Part shown: in pieces, positions 1 to 11,639 of the stretch
Layout of the letters: each line of letters begins with the position of its first letter
Position numbering within the stretch: the first letter of the stretch is position 1
NCBI RefSeq assembly: GCF_011745625.1
Contig: NW_027191496.1
Coordinates: 62,001-126,000, forward strand
Reading direction: 5' to 3'
Source: Cladosporium halotolerans
Lineage: Eukaryota
Length of the DNA: 64,000 nucleotides
The notes under the pieces: model-generated
Database searches by the model: none
Told to the model about the DNA's origin: nothing
What the model saw: the letters and a program-made list of their open reading frames with translations, nothing else
Program-made: the position numbers and the translations under genes

Positions 1-423
1 TCTGGACTGCAGGATCTCGCGGATATGCTGTCTTGCCATCGGGTTGGCCCAGCGCATACCGGCGGCTCGGACGCTTGGCTCACTGGATCCGTCTTCTGGG
101 CCATGCGCAACCGTGTCTTCGGCGGCGATTTGCCTGACGATCTTGCCGACCAAATCTACGGCCTGCATGGCGTTCCTCTACCCGCCTCTCAACAATATCG
201 CGAGGAGTTCTTCGCCGCGCAGGGTACTCCTCAGCAGCAAGCCAACGGCCTCACAGGCGTCGCCGCAAGCTTTGCCTCTGGCCACACTCCCAACAACCCT
301 TCCACGCCAACTAGCAGTCACGCGGGACTCAATGCGACAACTCCCGGGCCTCACTTCGGACACAGCATGGGGGCCGGGAGTTTGGGTGCGGCGGGATTCG
401 GCAACTTCCAATATAGTAAATAG
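1..423 (+). CDS. POP2: 3' part of CCR4-NOT deadenylase subunit Caf1/Pop2 (truncated by window edge)
   Basis: Frame 1 is open from base 1: SGLQDLADMLSCHRVGPAHTGGSDAWLTG matches the Caf1 C-terminal GLQxxA...RxGxxHxxGSD motif. A low-complexity tail follows, then TAG at 421-423. Confidence 0.85.
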   Translation, partial: SGLQDLADMLSCHRVGPAHTGGSDAWLTGSVFWAMRNRVFGGDLPDDLADQIYGLHGVPLPASQQYREEFFAAQGTPQQQANGLTGVAASFASGHTPNNPSTPTSSHAGLNATTPGPHFGHSMGAGSLGAAGFGNFQYSK

Positions 424-840
424 GGCGGTCATTATTGGACGGGTTAACGAGATACCCAAGGTCTGATTTCTTGCGGTGTGATAGCGTTCTGCAGCCGGTG
501 GAGGCGTTTGGGTAAGCAGTCGGCAAGGCTAGCTAGTGGCTGTTTGATGGGTGTTGTACATGTATATTCGATCAACCATTCACGCAATCAGTTCTTGGAG
601 CAGTCTCCTCACGAGATGATAGACTCAATTACTATAGGTTTTTTGATTGCAATTTTGACAGTGGGCTCATGATTGAAATGAATAATTCAAAAGGCCACCT
701 CATGTAGACGTAACGTTGTTCGAGTTTCTTCGTCCTACTATTGACGCCCGTTTTAAAGACGTGGCCCGTGCGTGGCGAAAGCTTGAGAGCGGCTGCACGA
801 CGCCAAATTCTGAGGTGACTGGTGTGATTACCTAGCCAAT

Positions 841-847
841 TGAGTCA
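841..847 (+). promoter_or_regulatory. Gcn4/CpcA (cross-pathway control) element TGAGTCA upstream of GRS1
   Basis: Exact TGASTCA inside the near-palindrome ATTGAGTCAAT, about 50 nt before the GTG and 170 nt before the ATG of an aminoacyl-tRNA synthetase. This gene class is a known Gcn4/CPC-1 target. Confidence 0.6.
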
Positions 848-895
848 ATATATTTTTGCCCCATTCCACCACTATCCTGCAACCACTCCTTCAAC

Positions 896-3004
896 GTGGC
901 TGCCCGCGCCTTTAGACACTCTTTCTTTCTTCAAACCCGCAACTTCACTTCCTCAGCCCCCAGGTGGCGTGCCATTGCTCCGGTCCGGACGCGAAACACA
1001 GGAGGAACGATCAGCATGGCGACAGATTACAAGACCCTCGCGGGTCAAGAATTCGACAGAGCAGCATTTGAGTCGCTCATGAAGCGCAAGAACTTCTACT
1101 GGCAATCATTTGAGCCCCATGGCCCGGTCAAGGGTCTCTTCGACTATGGCCACCCTCTCGCCACTCTTGAGGCTCAGTTTCTCACCATCTGGCGCGACCA
1201 CTTCGTCCGCAAGGAGCGCATGCAGGAGCTCAAGTGCGCAATGATCACACCTTACAACGTCTTCAAGACTTCTGGCCACGTGGACAAATTTGCCGACTTC
1301 ATGTGCAAGGATCCCAAGACTGGCGAGATTCTCCGTGCGGACCACTTGATCAAGGATGTACTGGAGGCTCGTCTCAAGTCTGACAAGGAGGCCCGCGGCG
1401 AAAAGGTCGAGGAAGCCGCTGAGGACCCTAAGAAGAAGAAGAAGCAGGCCAAGGCTACCAAGGGTGCCGTCAAGCTTGATGACGAGGTTCGCAAGCAGTA
1501 CGAATTCCTGCTCGCTACTCTGGACGACTACACTGGTGATGACATGGGTGAGCTCATTAAGAAGCACGACATCCGCAGCCCTATCACTGGCAACGAGGTC
1601 GAGCCTCCGGTCTCTGTCAACCTTATGTTCCAGACTCAGATTGGCGCTACCGGCAAGGAGCCTGCTTTCCTTCGCCCCGAGACTGCTCAGGGCCAGTTCC
1701 TTTCTTTCCAGCACTTGCTCGAATACAACGACGGTAAGATGCCATTCGCCTCTGCATCCATCGGTTACTCTTTCCGCAACGAGCTTTCCCCCCGCTCCGG
1801 TCTCCTGCGTGTTCGTGAGTTCCTGATGGCCGAGATTGAGCACTACGTCGATCCCGAGAGTGGCAAGCAGCACTCTGGCTTTAAGAAGGTGCGCGACCTG
1901 AAGCTGCCCCTCCTGTCTCGCCAGACACAGAGCGAGGGCGGCTCGGAGCCTACCGTCATTACCATCGGCGAGGCTGTCGACACCAAGCTCGTCGACAACG
2001 AGACCCTTGGTTACTTCATTGCTAGAATCGCGATGTTCATGGACAAGATCGGCGTCGACCCGGCCAAGCTCCGCTTCAGACAGCACATGCAGAACGAGAT
2101 GGCTCACTACGCCGCCGACTGCTGGGACTGCGAGCTGCAGACCTCTTACGGCTGGGTTGAGTGCGTTGGCTGTGCTGACCGCAGCGCTTACGATCTCAGC
2201 GTTCACATGAAGGCCACTGGTGTGCCCTTGAACGTTCGCGAGTCCCTCAAGGAACCCTACCGTGTCGAGGAGTGGCAGGCCCAGCTCGACAAGAAGAAGG
2301 CTGGCCCTCTCTTCAAGAAGGACGCCTCCAAGGTTCAGGCCGCACTTGACTCGCTCACCCAGGATATCCGTGAGAAGCTTTCCCTTTCCCTTGAAAAGGA
2401 TGGCAAGGTCGAGGTCGAGGTCGCCGACATGGAGGCCGGCAAGGTCGAGCTCAACAAGGACGTCGTCAGCATCCAGAAGGAGAGCCGTCTCGTCACCACT
2501 CGCGAGTACATCCCCAACGTCATCGAGCCTTCCTTCGGTATCGGCCGCATCCTCTATAGTTTGATGGAGCACGCCTACTGGACCCGCGAGGGCGACGCCG
2601 CCCGCTCCGTCATGTCCTTCAAGCCCACCGTCGCGCCCATCAAGGTCCTGCTCGTGCCACTGCAGAAGGATGCTCGCTTCGCACCTGTTGTCGAGTCGCT
2701 CGAGGAGCAGCTCGATGAGCGTGGCCTCTCTTACGACACTGACAGCTCTGGTGTCAGCATTGGCAAGCGTTACTCTCGTAACGACGAGCTCGGTATTCCC
2801 TGCGGTATCACCGTCGACTACCAGAGTCTGGAAGATGGCACCTTTACCCTCCGTGACCGTGACACCACCAAGCAGGTTCGCGCGAAGGCTGAGGACATCC
2901 TTGACGCCGTCGAGAAGATGGTCCGTGGCAGGTGGACTTGGGCCGATGTTCAGGCCAAGCTGCCCGCTTTTGAAAGCAAGGAAGAGGAGGCCAAGGAGGA
3001 ATAA
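896..3004 (+). CDS. GRS1: Glycyl-tRNA synthetase (cytosolic form from ATG 1016; putative mitochondrial form from GTG 896)
   Basis: Intronless ORF with class II GlyRS motifs: SGHVDKFAD, LRPETAQGQF, FRNELSPRSGLLRVREF, GWVECVGCADRS, IEPSFGIGRI. Anticodon-binding domain SIGKRYSRNDELG. Confidence 0.97.
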   Translation: MAARAFRHSFFLQTRNFTSSAPRWRAIAPVRTRNTGGTISMATDYKTLAGQEFDRAAFESLMKRKNFYWQSFEPHGPVKGLFDYGHPLATLEAQFLTIWRDHFVRKERMQELKCAMITPYNVFKTSGHVDKFADFMCKDPKTGEILRADHLIKDVLEARLKSDKEARGEKVEEAAEDPKKKKKQAKATKGAVKLDDEVRKQYEFLLATLDDYTGDDMGELIKKHDIRSPITGNEVEPPVSVNLMFQTQIGATGKEPAFLRPETAQGQFLSFQHLLEYNDGKMPFASASIGYSFRNELSPRSGLLRVREFLMAEIEHYVDPESGKQHSGFKKVRDLKLPLLSRQTQSEGGSEPTVITIGEAVDTKLVDNETLGYFIARIAMFMDKIGVDPAKLRFRQHMQNEMAHYAADCWDCELQTSYGWVECVGCADRSAYDLSVHMKATGVPLNVRESLKEPYRVEEWQAQLDKKKAGPLFKKDASKVQAALDSLTQDIREKLSLSLEKDGKVEVEVADMEAGKVELNKDVVSIQKESRLVTTREYIPNVIEPSFGIGRILYSLMEHAYWTREGDAARSVMSFKPTVAPIKVLLVPLQKDARFAPVVESLEEQLDERGLSYDTDSSGVSIGKRYSRNDELGIPCGITVDYQSLEDGTFTLRDRDTTKQVRAKAEDILDAVEKMVRGRWTWADVQAKLPAFESKEEEAKEE

Positions 3005-3496
3005 GGTTGGCGCATGAAGCGAAAATCGTCATGTCAAAATAGACCAAACCATTCATGACCAGCTTCAAGACTGCCTGGTTATGAAGGTTCTATAACGAAG
3101 AAAAAGAGCTCTATTACCCGCACCGCAAGGTATACGAAAGCATCATGCTATACCTGGGCATTTCCACTTTCGAACACCCAGCTTTGCTACAGTATTATAT
3201 GTGTGCTATCAAGTATTTGCTGTCTAAGTGAAGTAATAACCTGTACCGCCGGGCTTGTATTTCCAGCTACAGGTCGCCAGGCACCAAGGCAGCAATCGCT
3301 ATCGACAAGGCTCGGCACCCGCATCGGCCCGCCACTCTAACCCAACCCCGCAAGTTGCGCTGGCAAATGGGCGCGTCGAGCTCCAGCGCATCTGTCGCAT
3401 CGCATTGAACCAGCCGTCTCGACTCGCGCTGCGCCCTCGTCCTCACCCTCGAACACGAGCTTTAATATCCACATCCACAACTCACAGCTTGCCACG

Positions 3497-4339
3497 ATGC
3501 AAGCGCCCGGTTACCCAGTGCAACCGCCTCCGCCGCAGGCACCCGCGGCACCCAAGAAGTACGATGGTCAGAACGGTATGCCGCTTTACGATGCCTCACA
3601 CGGCGGCCACTACGGCGCGAGCGCTGGCATCGCAGCTTCAGGCCACGCGCCGCCTCCAGAGACTTTCAGTGGACATTGGGGAAATGTAAGGCATACTACA
3701 CCTCAACCAACATACGCAGTGGATTTGTACTGACGCGTAGCGGCGGTGTAGGTATCGCAAGGCTTAGGCTCGGGTAACTACCGCGACATTCTCAATACAT
3801 ACTGGCAACAAGTGGTCACCATGCTCGAGACGGAAAACCATGACTACAAAATCCATCAACTTCCGCTGGCGCGGATCAAGAAGGTGATGAAGGCCGACCC
3901 AGAAGTGAAGATGATATCTGCCGAGGCCCCCATCATCTTCGCCAAAGCCTGCGAGACCTTCATCACGGAGCTGACGATGCGCGCCTGGATCCATGCGGAG
4001 GAGAACAAGCGTCGGACACTGCAACGTAGTGACATAGCAGCCGCTCTCGCGAAGTCCGACATGTTCGACTTCCTCATCGACATCGTGCCTCGAGAGGACG
4101 CGACGCCACCGCACAAGCGCAGGCCCGAGTATGCCGTTCCGGAAGCTGGAGGCCAAGACCAGGGACACATGCCGCAGCCGCCTCAGCAGCAGCCGCAGCA
4201 TGAGTTCCTCTCTGCGCAGCCTGAGCAGGTGCAGCAGCAGGCGTATTACAGCCAACAGCCTGTCTTTGATCCGAACATGTACGGGCAGGTCTATCAGGGT
4301 GCCCCTGCAGATCAGCAAGGACAGTACGGCAGCGGTTGA
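3497..4339 (+). CDS. hapE: CCAAT-binding factor subunit NF-YC (HapE/Hap5); exons 3497-3685, 3752-4339
   Basis: Histone-fold motif HQLPLARIKKVMKADPEVKMISAEAP...KRRTLQRSDIAAAL...FDFLIDIVPR. Intron GTAAGG...TACTGAC...TAG (3686-3751) keeps the frame. Confidence 0.95.
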
Positions 4340-4875
4340 AGTCGAAAGGCTGCTTCGCTTGCGAGAATGAATATTCTTATTGGATCCGTGAAAGGCGAGC
4401 TCATGAGCAGATGCTTCTCAAGTAGTAGTGAGCATGAACGAACCGGCGTTTTTTGGGGAAATAAATCGGACGAACTTTATTATTATTTCTTGGGCTGATG
4501 ATACCCACGATACCTTAGTGGACCTTTCGGTTATACATAACACCGCAAAATGAACAGGATCGCACTCACTTTCAAAGATTGATTTTTCTACCTCTGCAAA
4601 GTTGATAGCCATGACAGCACACCTATTGCCAACGAAAGAAGCACCTCAGTGGGTCAGATCTCAAACGGGACATATTCAATCGTTTAATTGCGATTGCCAA
4701 CCATCTCATTATCTGTCTATGCACAAAAAAGCAGACTGATCATCAAATATGGCAAGAACAAATCATCAAAGGTAAGGAGGGTATCGGTCATATAATCATC
4801 AAACACACCCTTCGGCCCCCCTCCACAGCTCACCACAGCCAACTCAACGCTCCCTCAAAGCATTACTTCGTCCAA

Positions 4876-5707
4876 TCACAACAGCCCAACAACAGCAAGG
4901 AGCGCACCAGCACCCGCGCCCAGAATCGGCAGCGCAGTAGCAGCAGCGCCCGAATCGCCCGTAGCAGACGACACAGCATTACCAGCGGAGCTGGTCGCAG
5001 CCTCAACGACCCCAGTCCCCGAAGAAACAGCACTTCCCGCCGCGCTCGTGATGCCCTGGCCGGCACTGGAAACGCTGCCGGCGGCATTGGTGGGGCTGGA
5101 GCCCGCGGCAAAGACGGTCGTGCGGGTGAAGGTGCGGGTCTCGTTATCGTCGTCGTCATCATCGTCGTCGTCGATGTCGGTCGAGGTGGTAACGTAGGTG
5201 CTGGTGACCATGGAGCCGGACGAGGCGGAGGTGATGGTCATGCTGCCGGTAGTGGCGGCGGCGGCGTTGAAGGTTGTGCTGCTGAAACCGCAGGAGCGCA
5301 TGACTTCGTCGACGTCTGGGGGTGGTTAGCTTTCGTCGTGGAATTGAGGGGTTGATTGGGGGAAGAGCAAACCATTCTCGTCGTCATCGTCATCGTCATC
5401 GTCGGTGTCGTACTGACGGACGCAGGCAGCGCACTCGGGGAGCTGGGTCGAGGCGCCCTGTGTGTTGCAGATGCAGTCAACTTCCTGGCGGTCGCCGGAG
5501 TTGGTGTTGTCGCAGTTCCTGGCAGCGTTGACCATTGCCTGGCAGACAGAGCGGCACTCTGTTATTGAGATATTGGTCAGCCACGCGTCTTTTAAATTAG
5601 TTTTGATAAGCCGTACGCATAGGGACATCGTTGTTGTCGAACTCCTGGGCCTTGACCGCACTGAGCGCCGCGAGGCCAACGAAGAGGAGAGTGTTCTTGT
5701 AGTGCAT
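4876..5707 (-). CDS. Secreted, probably GPI-anchored Ser/Thr-rich cell-surface protein with Cys-rich N-terminal domain; exons 5707-5617, 5558-5373, 5315-4876
   Basis: Signal peptide MHYKNTLLFVGLAALSAVKA; Cys-rich domain (CRSVC...NC...CIC...CAAC...SC); poly-Asp tracts; S/T/A-rich stalk; hydrophobic C-terminus (ALPILGAGAGALLAVVGLL). Two GT-AG introns restore the frame. Confidence 0.85.
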
Positions 5708-7412
5708 GGTTGCAAGATTCTGTCGCAGTTGATTTGGTAGAGATTGTCGTGCGTGAATTTGATATCGGACGAGGAAGAGGGATTCGTATTGAAGATGTTG
5801 ATGATCTGTATACAATCATCGAAGCCACAGCGGCGACTCTGAGTATACTTATACCTAAACCGATCACATATCCCCAGCTACACTCCAATGCCGAGTAAAC
5901 CTTGGACCCACCTGAGATCGACAGGTCGCCCGAAGCTTTCCACAGCCTTGCAGACCAGCGCGCATGCTGTAATGCCCAGCAACCAGAGCAGCGCCTCACT
6001 TGCAATCGCGTCCTCTTCACCTTGGCCCCGCTAGCCAAGTTACCATTAGATTGGCCTAGATGACAAACCAACGGCGAGAGCGCACGGCATGTCAATTGCT
6101 GAGCCACGGGCGGTGTCGACGAAAGATCCCCACCAAAAGGCAAGGTGATGGATCCCTCGATGCTACGAGAGCGAATCTCTCCGCGTCGACGTCTCCACCC
6201 CCAGTCCTGCCAGTTCCGAGCCCCCATGCGGTGCCCCGTCACATCCATGATCCGGCACAGGCCCACGCCGTCTCCCGCCGCAGGGCATGACAAGAGCCGC
6301 ACCGACGCCGCCTCGTCACTGGCAACCCCGAACGTCACCTGCAGCCTCCGCTTCGCCAAGCGCTTGGCCCGCGGATAATCGGTAGCTCAGCCACGAGGGC
6401 GATGGCGTGGACGCCGAGGAGGTTTTGCGCGTGGTGATCTGGCATTGGACTGATGGTGTCGATGGTGGTGGATCCGGAGGACTGCTGTATGCGATCGTCG
6501 GTGGCTGCCTGGAGGGAGCTACAAGAATAGATGTGAAACGTTCTGGACCTTGCAGATGGAAGAGCTGTGGGCGGGTTTAGTGTCTGATGGTGAAACGCGT
6601 GAAGGTCGGTGTGTTGACTGAAGAGGTCATCGGGTGTGTTGGATCTATCGGAGGCATGAGAGGCCGGCTCACAGAATTGCGTTCTCCATGACTACTCGAA
6701 TGATCCAACCGGCAAGTCTCAGCCACAACTATTCCAAACACCATCGCCGTCGGAACGAAGTATCAACTCGATCGTCCTGTCCCTGTTCATGGCCCAGTGG
6801 CTCATACCCACCAGAACAAATTGAGCTTCGGACATCGAACACGCGGCAACACTTCAACCCCAACTGACTCAAGCCCAACGCACATGCATCCAAGAAATCT
6901 AAGCCACTTCCAGGCCAACAAGACGGCATACACAAACCTCACTAACGATACCGCCCTTCAGCTTGGAACCCATTGAGTCGTGTCGCCGTGCTCTGATGCG
7001 TAGATCTCTTTGGTCAATCGAGAATCGACATTTCTAGCTGTTCAGCTTGCGAGTACATGCAGGGCTACGCGTCGACATTCTCGCCTGTCGTGTGACCGCC
7101 TGCTCTGCCCTCCAACGATGAGAGTGTGACCGAGTTGCCTCGAGACGGCCTTCGATTGGAAAGGTTCTGCGACAGCCTCGTTCTGACCTCTTTTGTTTGG
7201 AAAGACAGCCGCTATGCGGTGAAGCCGAATCGAGTGCAAAATAGAACGACACATGGCATCGGAAAATTCCCATTAATTAGATCTTTGCGAAAACGCCGCG
7301 CTATGCTATGTACTATGTATCATGCTAAAGGTCCAAACGGTATCATCATATCATGCCCAAACATCCTCTCATTATCACCCCTCACCTTATCAGCAACCTT
7401 CCCCTCCAAACC

Positions 7413-9355
7413 TCACTTCGCCGCAAACCGACTCCTTGCTCTCAACCCCTCCCCAAACCACCACAGCACGAAAATCCCCCCCACGCACACCGCCGTCAGG
7501 GCCCCCAGCAAACTAACCCCCGCGCCCACGCCCATGCCCAAAAACATCGGCCTGCTAAACAGCACCGCCGCGAAAGCCAGACTCGAGCGCGCGAAATCGT
7601 TGCCCGCGAACAAGCTCGCGGCATACTGCGGGTAGACCAGCGGGAGGTAGACGAAGATGACCTGCATGAGGACGACGAAGCCGAGCGTGAAGAGGAAGAC
7701 GCCGGCGACGCTGGCGAGCCAGTGGATCTCGCCGTCGGAGGTCCAGGCGAAGAGGAAGAGGCCCGCGGGGAGGAGGGGCGAGGCGTAGAGGGCGGGGACG
7801 AGGCGGCGCTCGAGCTTGCCGAGGCCGTGGGCGCGGAAGTCCGGCTCGACGACGGTGTAGAGGTAGGCGTAGTAGGCGGCGAGGGCGACGAGGGTTGCGG
7901 CGGTGATGGAGAGGAAGGTCAGGCCCATTTCGCCGAGGGAGAAGTGGTAGCGCTGCATGTAGACGATGGGGAAGGCCTCGAAGAAGGAGTAGTAGATGGC
8001 GTAGCAGAGGGCGGCGTAGGCGGCGGTGAAGCCGATGGCGGGGTCGAGGAGCATGAGCTGCATGGGGCGCACGAGGGCGTCGAAGAGGACGGCGCGCGGT
8101 TTGAGGGCGGCTTGGTCGAGCTCGGACTGCGAGCGGTAGGCTGGGTTACCGGTGAGTTTGCGCAGGCGTTGGGCGCGGCGGAGGAGGATGTTCGCGGTGT
8201 AGGTTTCGGGGAGGAAGAGGAGCATCAGAATGAAGACTGGGCCGGACAGCCAGAGCATCTCCCAGAGAGACCAGCGCCAGTTTTCAGCGGCCACGCTGAA
8301 GCCTGAGATGATCGGCCCGAGGGCAGGGCCGGAAGTCGCTGCCAGAGCCCAGAGACCAAGGGCGTAGGGCAGCTTGATGATGCTGTACATGTCGGCCAGG
8401 GAGGCTCCACCAGTAGCCAAACAGGGCTGCGACGATGTTAGGTTTGACCTTTAAGCTTAACGACCGACGGGCCTGTACTCACCGACCCAAAAAACCCCTG
8501 CAAAAACCTCAACACCATCAGCCCAGCGACATTATCCACCAACGGTGCCGCGACACAAAGCGCGACAAAAATCCCCATCGTAACCACATACTGCGGATTC
8601 CTCCCGACAGCCGGAATCTCACTGACGGGCGAGAAAATCAGCGGCCCAACACCGTAAGCAAGCACATACAGCGCCAGGCCCAGCGAAGCCACCGTGGCAC
8701 TCACGCCAAACTCCTCCTCGACGCCCGGGATCGATGGCGTGTAGATCGAGGACCCCATGTAGACTGCGAGCGTGTACAGGCAGATCTGCAGCGTCGCGAT
8801 ACCCTTCTTCCGTGGGCTCCAGTTCTGCGGGTTCGCGGGGTCGTCGGTTGTGTAGAAGTTGACGAGGACGAGGCCGTCGTGCGTACGGGCGGGGACGATG
8901 GGCTGGGTTGGTGGGCGGGCGAGGGAGGCGGTGCGGAAGGCTTCGTCGAGCTCGGCGCGAGTTTGGATGGATCTGAGAGTTGTGTGTGTTGCGATGCGGG
9001 AGAGGTGGGAGTGGTTTGTGATGGCTTTCTCTACGTCGGATTGGGAGTGCTCGAGTTCGTCATCTTTGGCCGTCTCGAGGCGCTCGAGGTAATTCCTGTC
9101 GATCTCGTTCGACTGCCTTGATTGGGCTCTTTCGGGCTCATCGTTGAGGTTTTCGGTGTCGTTTGACTCTTCTTGAGAATACGGCGTAGCGATTGGTGTC
9201 GTCGTCGTCGATACATCGGAGATGGACTTCTCTGGCAAGGTGTAGCCAGCCGGCAGCTGAAAGTCAGGCTTCTCCTCAGGATACAGGAGGATCCTGTTTC
9301 CCGTGATCCAGCGCAATATTTGCCCAATAGGGGCGTCGCGGATGATGTCGCTCAT
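7413..9355 (-). CDS. MFS drug:H+ antiporter, DHA1 family (Caf5/Flu1/Mdr1-like); exons 9355-8483, 8426-7413
   Basis: MSDIIRDAPIGQ start, DDPANPQNWS, GPLIFSPVSEIPAVGRNP, GPALGPIISGF, PET motifs and many hydrophobic segments. Intron GTGAGT...CAG (8482-8427) joins FFGS|PCLATGGAS. Confidence 0.93.
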
Positions 9356-10290
9356 TGCGGTGGTCCTATGATACCGTGCTAGGTGCTGTGATATTGTAAT
9401 AGAGGGACAAGCCGCAGGTTATCGCGCTGGCCAGTGAGCCCTCGAATACAGCCAGAGAAGACAGAAAAGACGTCGTACTTATTCTCTCTCAACCAATGCT
9501 CCCTCTCCCCTCCTCGCCTACCTTCTTATACCATCCCAAGTCGCCAGCGCAACCACTCATGTTTATCAAGCAACTACCCCACGCAGCCTCACCAAACCCC
9601 CCGACCTACCTCCAGACCACCACAAAGTCCGGCTGCAATCACCGCCAAGTCTCGTTACAAAGCAACGCTCAAGACGACATCTAAACAGACACTGGATGTT
9701 GCTGAACTAAGCGGGCGGCGCCAAGCTTCACGCTGGCGTTGTGTCGAAGTGCTGATTGGCTGCGGCTACTTTGGAGGCTCCACTCTGCTGACGAGACGCA
9801 GCTGGACGTAGAGCGGAGTTTTGGCGACTGTTGGCCCGAAAGGGAGGATGGATGGATGGAAGGTTCTGCGAGCGGTTTGTTGTGGTCAGCGGCGCTTGTG
9901 TGAGAGCTTGGGTTGGAAAGCGGTCGAACGCTGGAGGTGGGTGTTCACTCATCAGCATTGGCGTTTTGGAGTACACAGCTCACGTGGTGAGTTTAGGTAT
10001 GGGGACTCTAGGAAACCGCATTCTCGGAGTCGGAGATTTTGATGCTGCGCACGGATTTGAATGGATCAATGTGACTTTCTTCGTATGTGAATTCAGGATA
10101 CTGTGTATGCTCGCGCGAACAATGCAACTTCCTAGAGGTATCATATCGCGCTGCTCTGCAGGGTCCGTAACGAGGATGATGATTGGGAAAAAGAAGGAAA
10201 AACAGTATAAAAACGCCGTGTGCAATCGTGACTCGTTGCTGCCGCCCCAAAGAAGTGCCAGCCACGGGAAGTAGGCAGACGAGCGAGCTC

Positions 10291-11639
10291 TCACACCAGG
10301 CCGTCGTACAGTGATAATGCGGACACGATCGTCTCGTCACGTTTGCTGCCCTCCTGTAGGAAGATTGAATGTCAGCCTTGTTTGAGACGTCGGTAAGGGC
10401 CCTGAAATGTGACATACCTTGAACTCTTCCATGTCTAGCGATCCGTTTTCGTCCTTGTCCATCATGCGGAAGATCTTCTTGACGCGCTTCTCGGGCGTGT
10501 CCTCGTCTTCGGGGAGCTTGACCATTGAGCCAACCTGATAGCATCTTCGTCAGCACCCGGATCGCAATGTGAACGTATCTCTTCCGATATATGCTCACCA
10601 TCTTGTAGATAGCCTCCACAATCGCCAACATCTCATCGTAGCTAATCTTCCCGTCGCCGTCGATGTCGTACAATTGGAACGCCCAGTCCAGCTTGTCCTC
10701 CATCTTCCCTCTGCTCGTCACCGATAGCGCGCAGATAAACTCCTTGAAATCTATGCTCCCGCTCTTGTCCGCGTCGAAGACATTGAAGACGTAATCTGCG
10801 AAGGACGATGGATCGCCGAATGGGAAGAATTGCTTGTAGATCTTTTGAAACTCGGCTTTCGTGAGCATGCCGCTAGGGCAGTCCTTGAGGAAGCCTAGAA
10901 AGTGTTGGCTGTCAGGAATAGCTATAGTGAAGGGCGAAGTAGCCTCAAAGCCTTTGAGGGATAGGGAACGCACCCTTGTACCACTGCTGCAACTCCTTCT
11001 TGTCGAAGTGTGTCGCCTTCTGCAGTTCCGACAGCTCCTGCTGCGACAGCTTACTCTGGCTGCGGAAGTGTACCGTTAGCTTCCCTTTCCACATTTCGAT
11101 CCTGCTGACCCCCGTCGACTTGTCCAACTCCTGTTCGAGGTCGTGCACTCCGATCTTCAACGCGCAGTCCTGCTTGGCCTTGAAGGCTGGGTAGCTGGAG
11201 GAGGTAGGGCGAGGAACGTGAGATGGGCGCCTGCGTGCCTGGTTGACGGAGCCGAATGGAGGGAGAACGTCGTTGGTTGTGGCAGAGTCTTTGCGGTCTG
11301 GCTCTGAGTCTGGCTCTGGCTCTGGGTAGACGTCGTGGACTTTCTTCGGGGGTTGAGATAGGTCGTCCATGATTGTGGTGGGAGGTGGATATGCTTGTGC
11401 TCAGGCCAGAAATTCCGTGGTGTCTGTTGCGTTCATATAGCTCGCATTCCTCCATTCACTCCTGAATACCTCTTCTCACTGTGCAACATTGAAGATCGGG
11501 CGCCAAGTTGAGGAGGGCGCGTGACGGCGATCCGCGATAGCGATCCATGTCCGGTGGAGCGCAAGGGTTGCGTGGCACGTCGCGGCTGCAAGCAAACAGA
11601 AAGCGGGTATGAGGGAGTGTCGACTTACGATTTGCCCAT
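10291..11639 (-). CDS. ncs1: Neuronal calcium sensor/frequenin NCS-1; exons 11639-11629, 11059-10974, 10894-10599, 10534-10418, 10353-10291
   Basis: Spliced product is [41 protein letters not shown], with EF-hands [24 protein letters not shown] and [12 protein letters not shown], ending SLYDGLV. N-myristoylation motif MGxxxS. All four introns are GT-AG. Confidence 0.95.

Noticed and set aside
1106..2572. 488-aa antisense ORF over GRS1 (similar cases: 28758-30134 over cdb4, 54607-55824 over RAD14, 7353-8306 over the MFS gene)
   Set aside because: Shadow ORFs expected from strong C/G-ending codon bias of the sense genes; no recognisable motifs.
6370..6420. GGTAGCTCAG resembling a tRNA A-box
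   Set aside because: No T-loop GTTC motif or acceptor stem could be formed.
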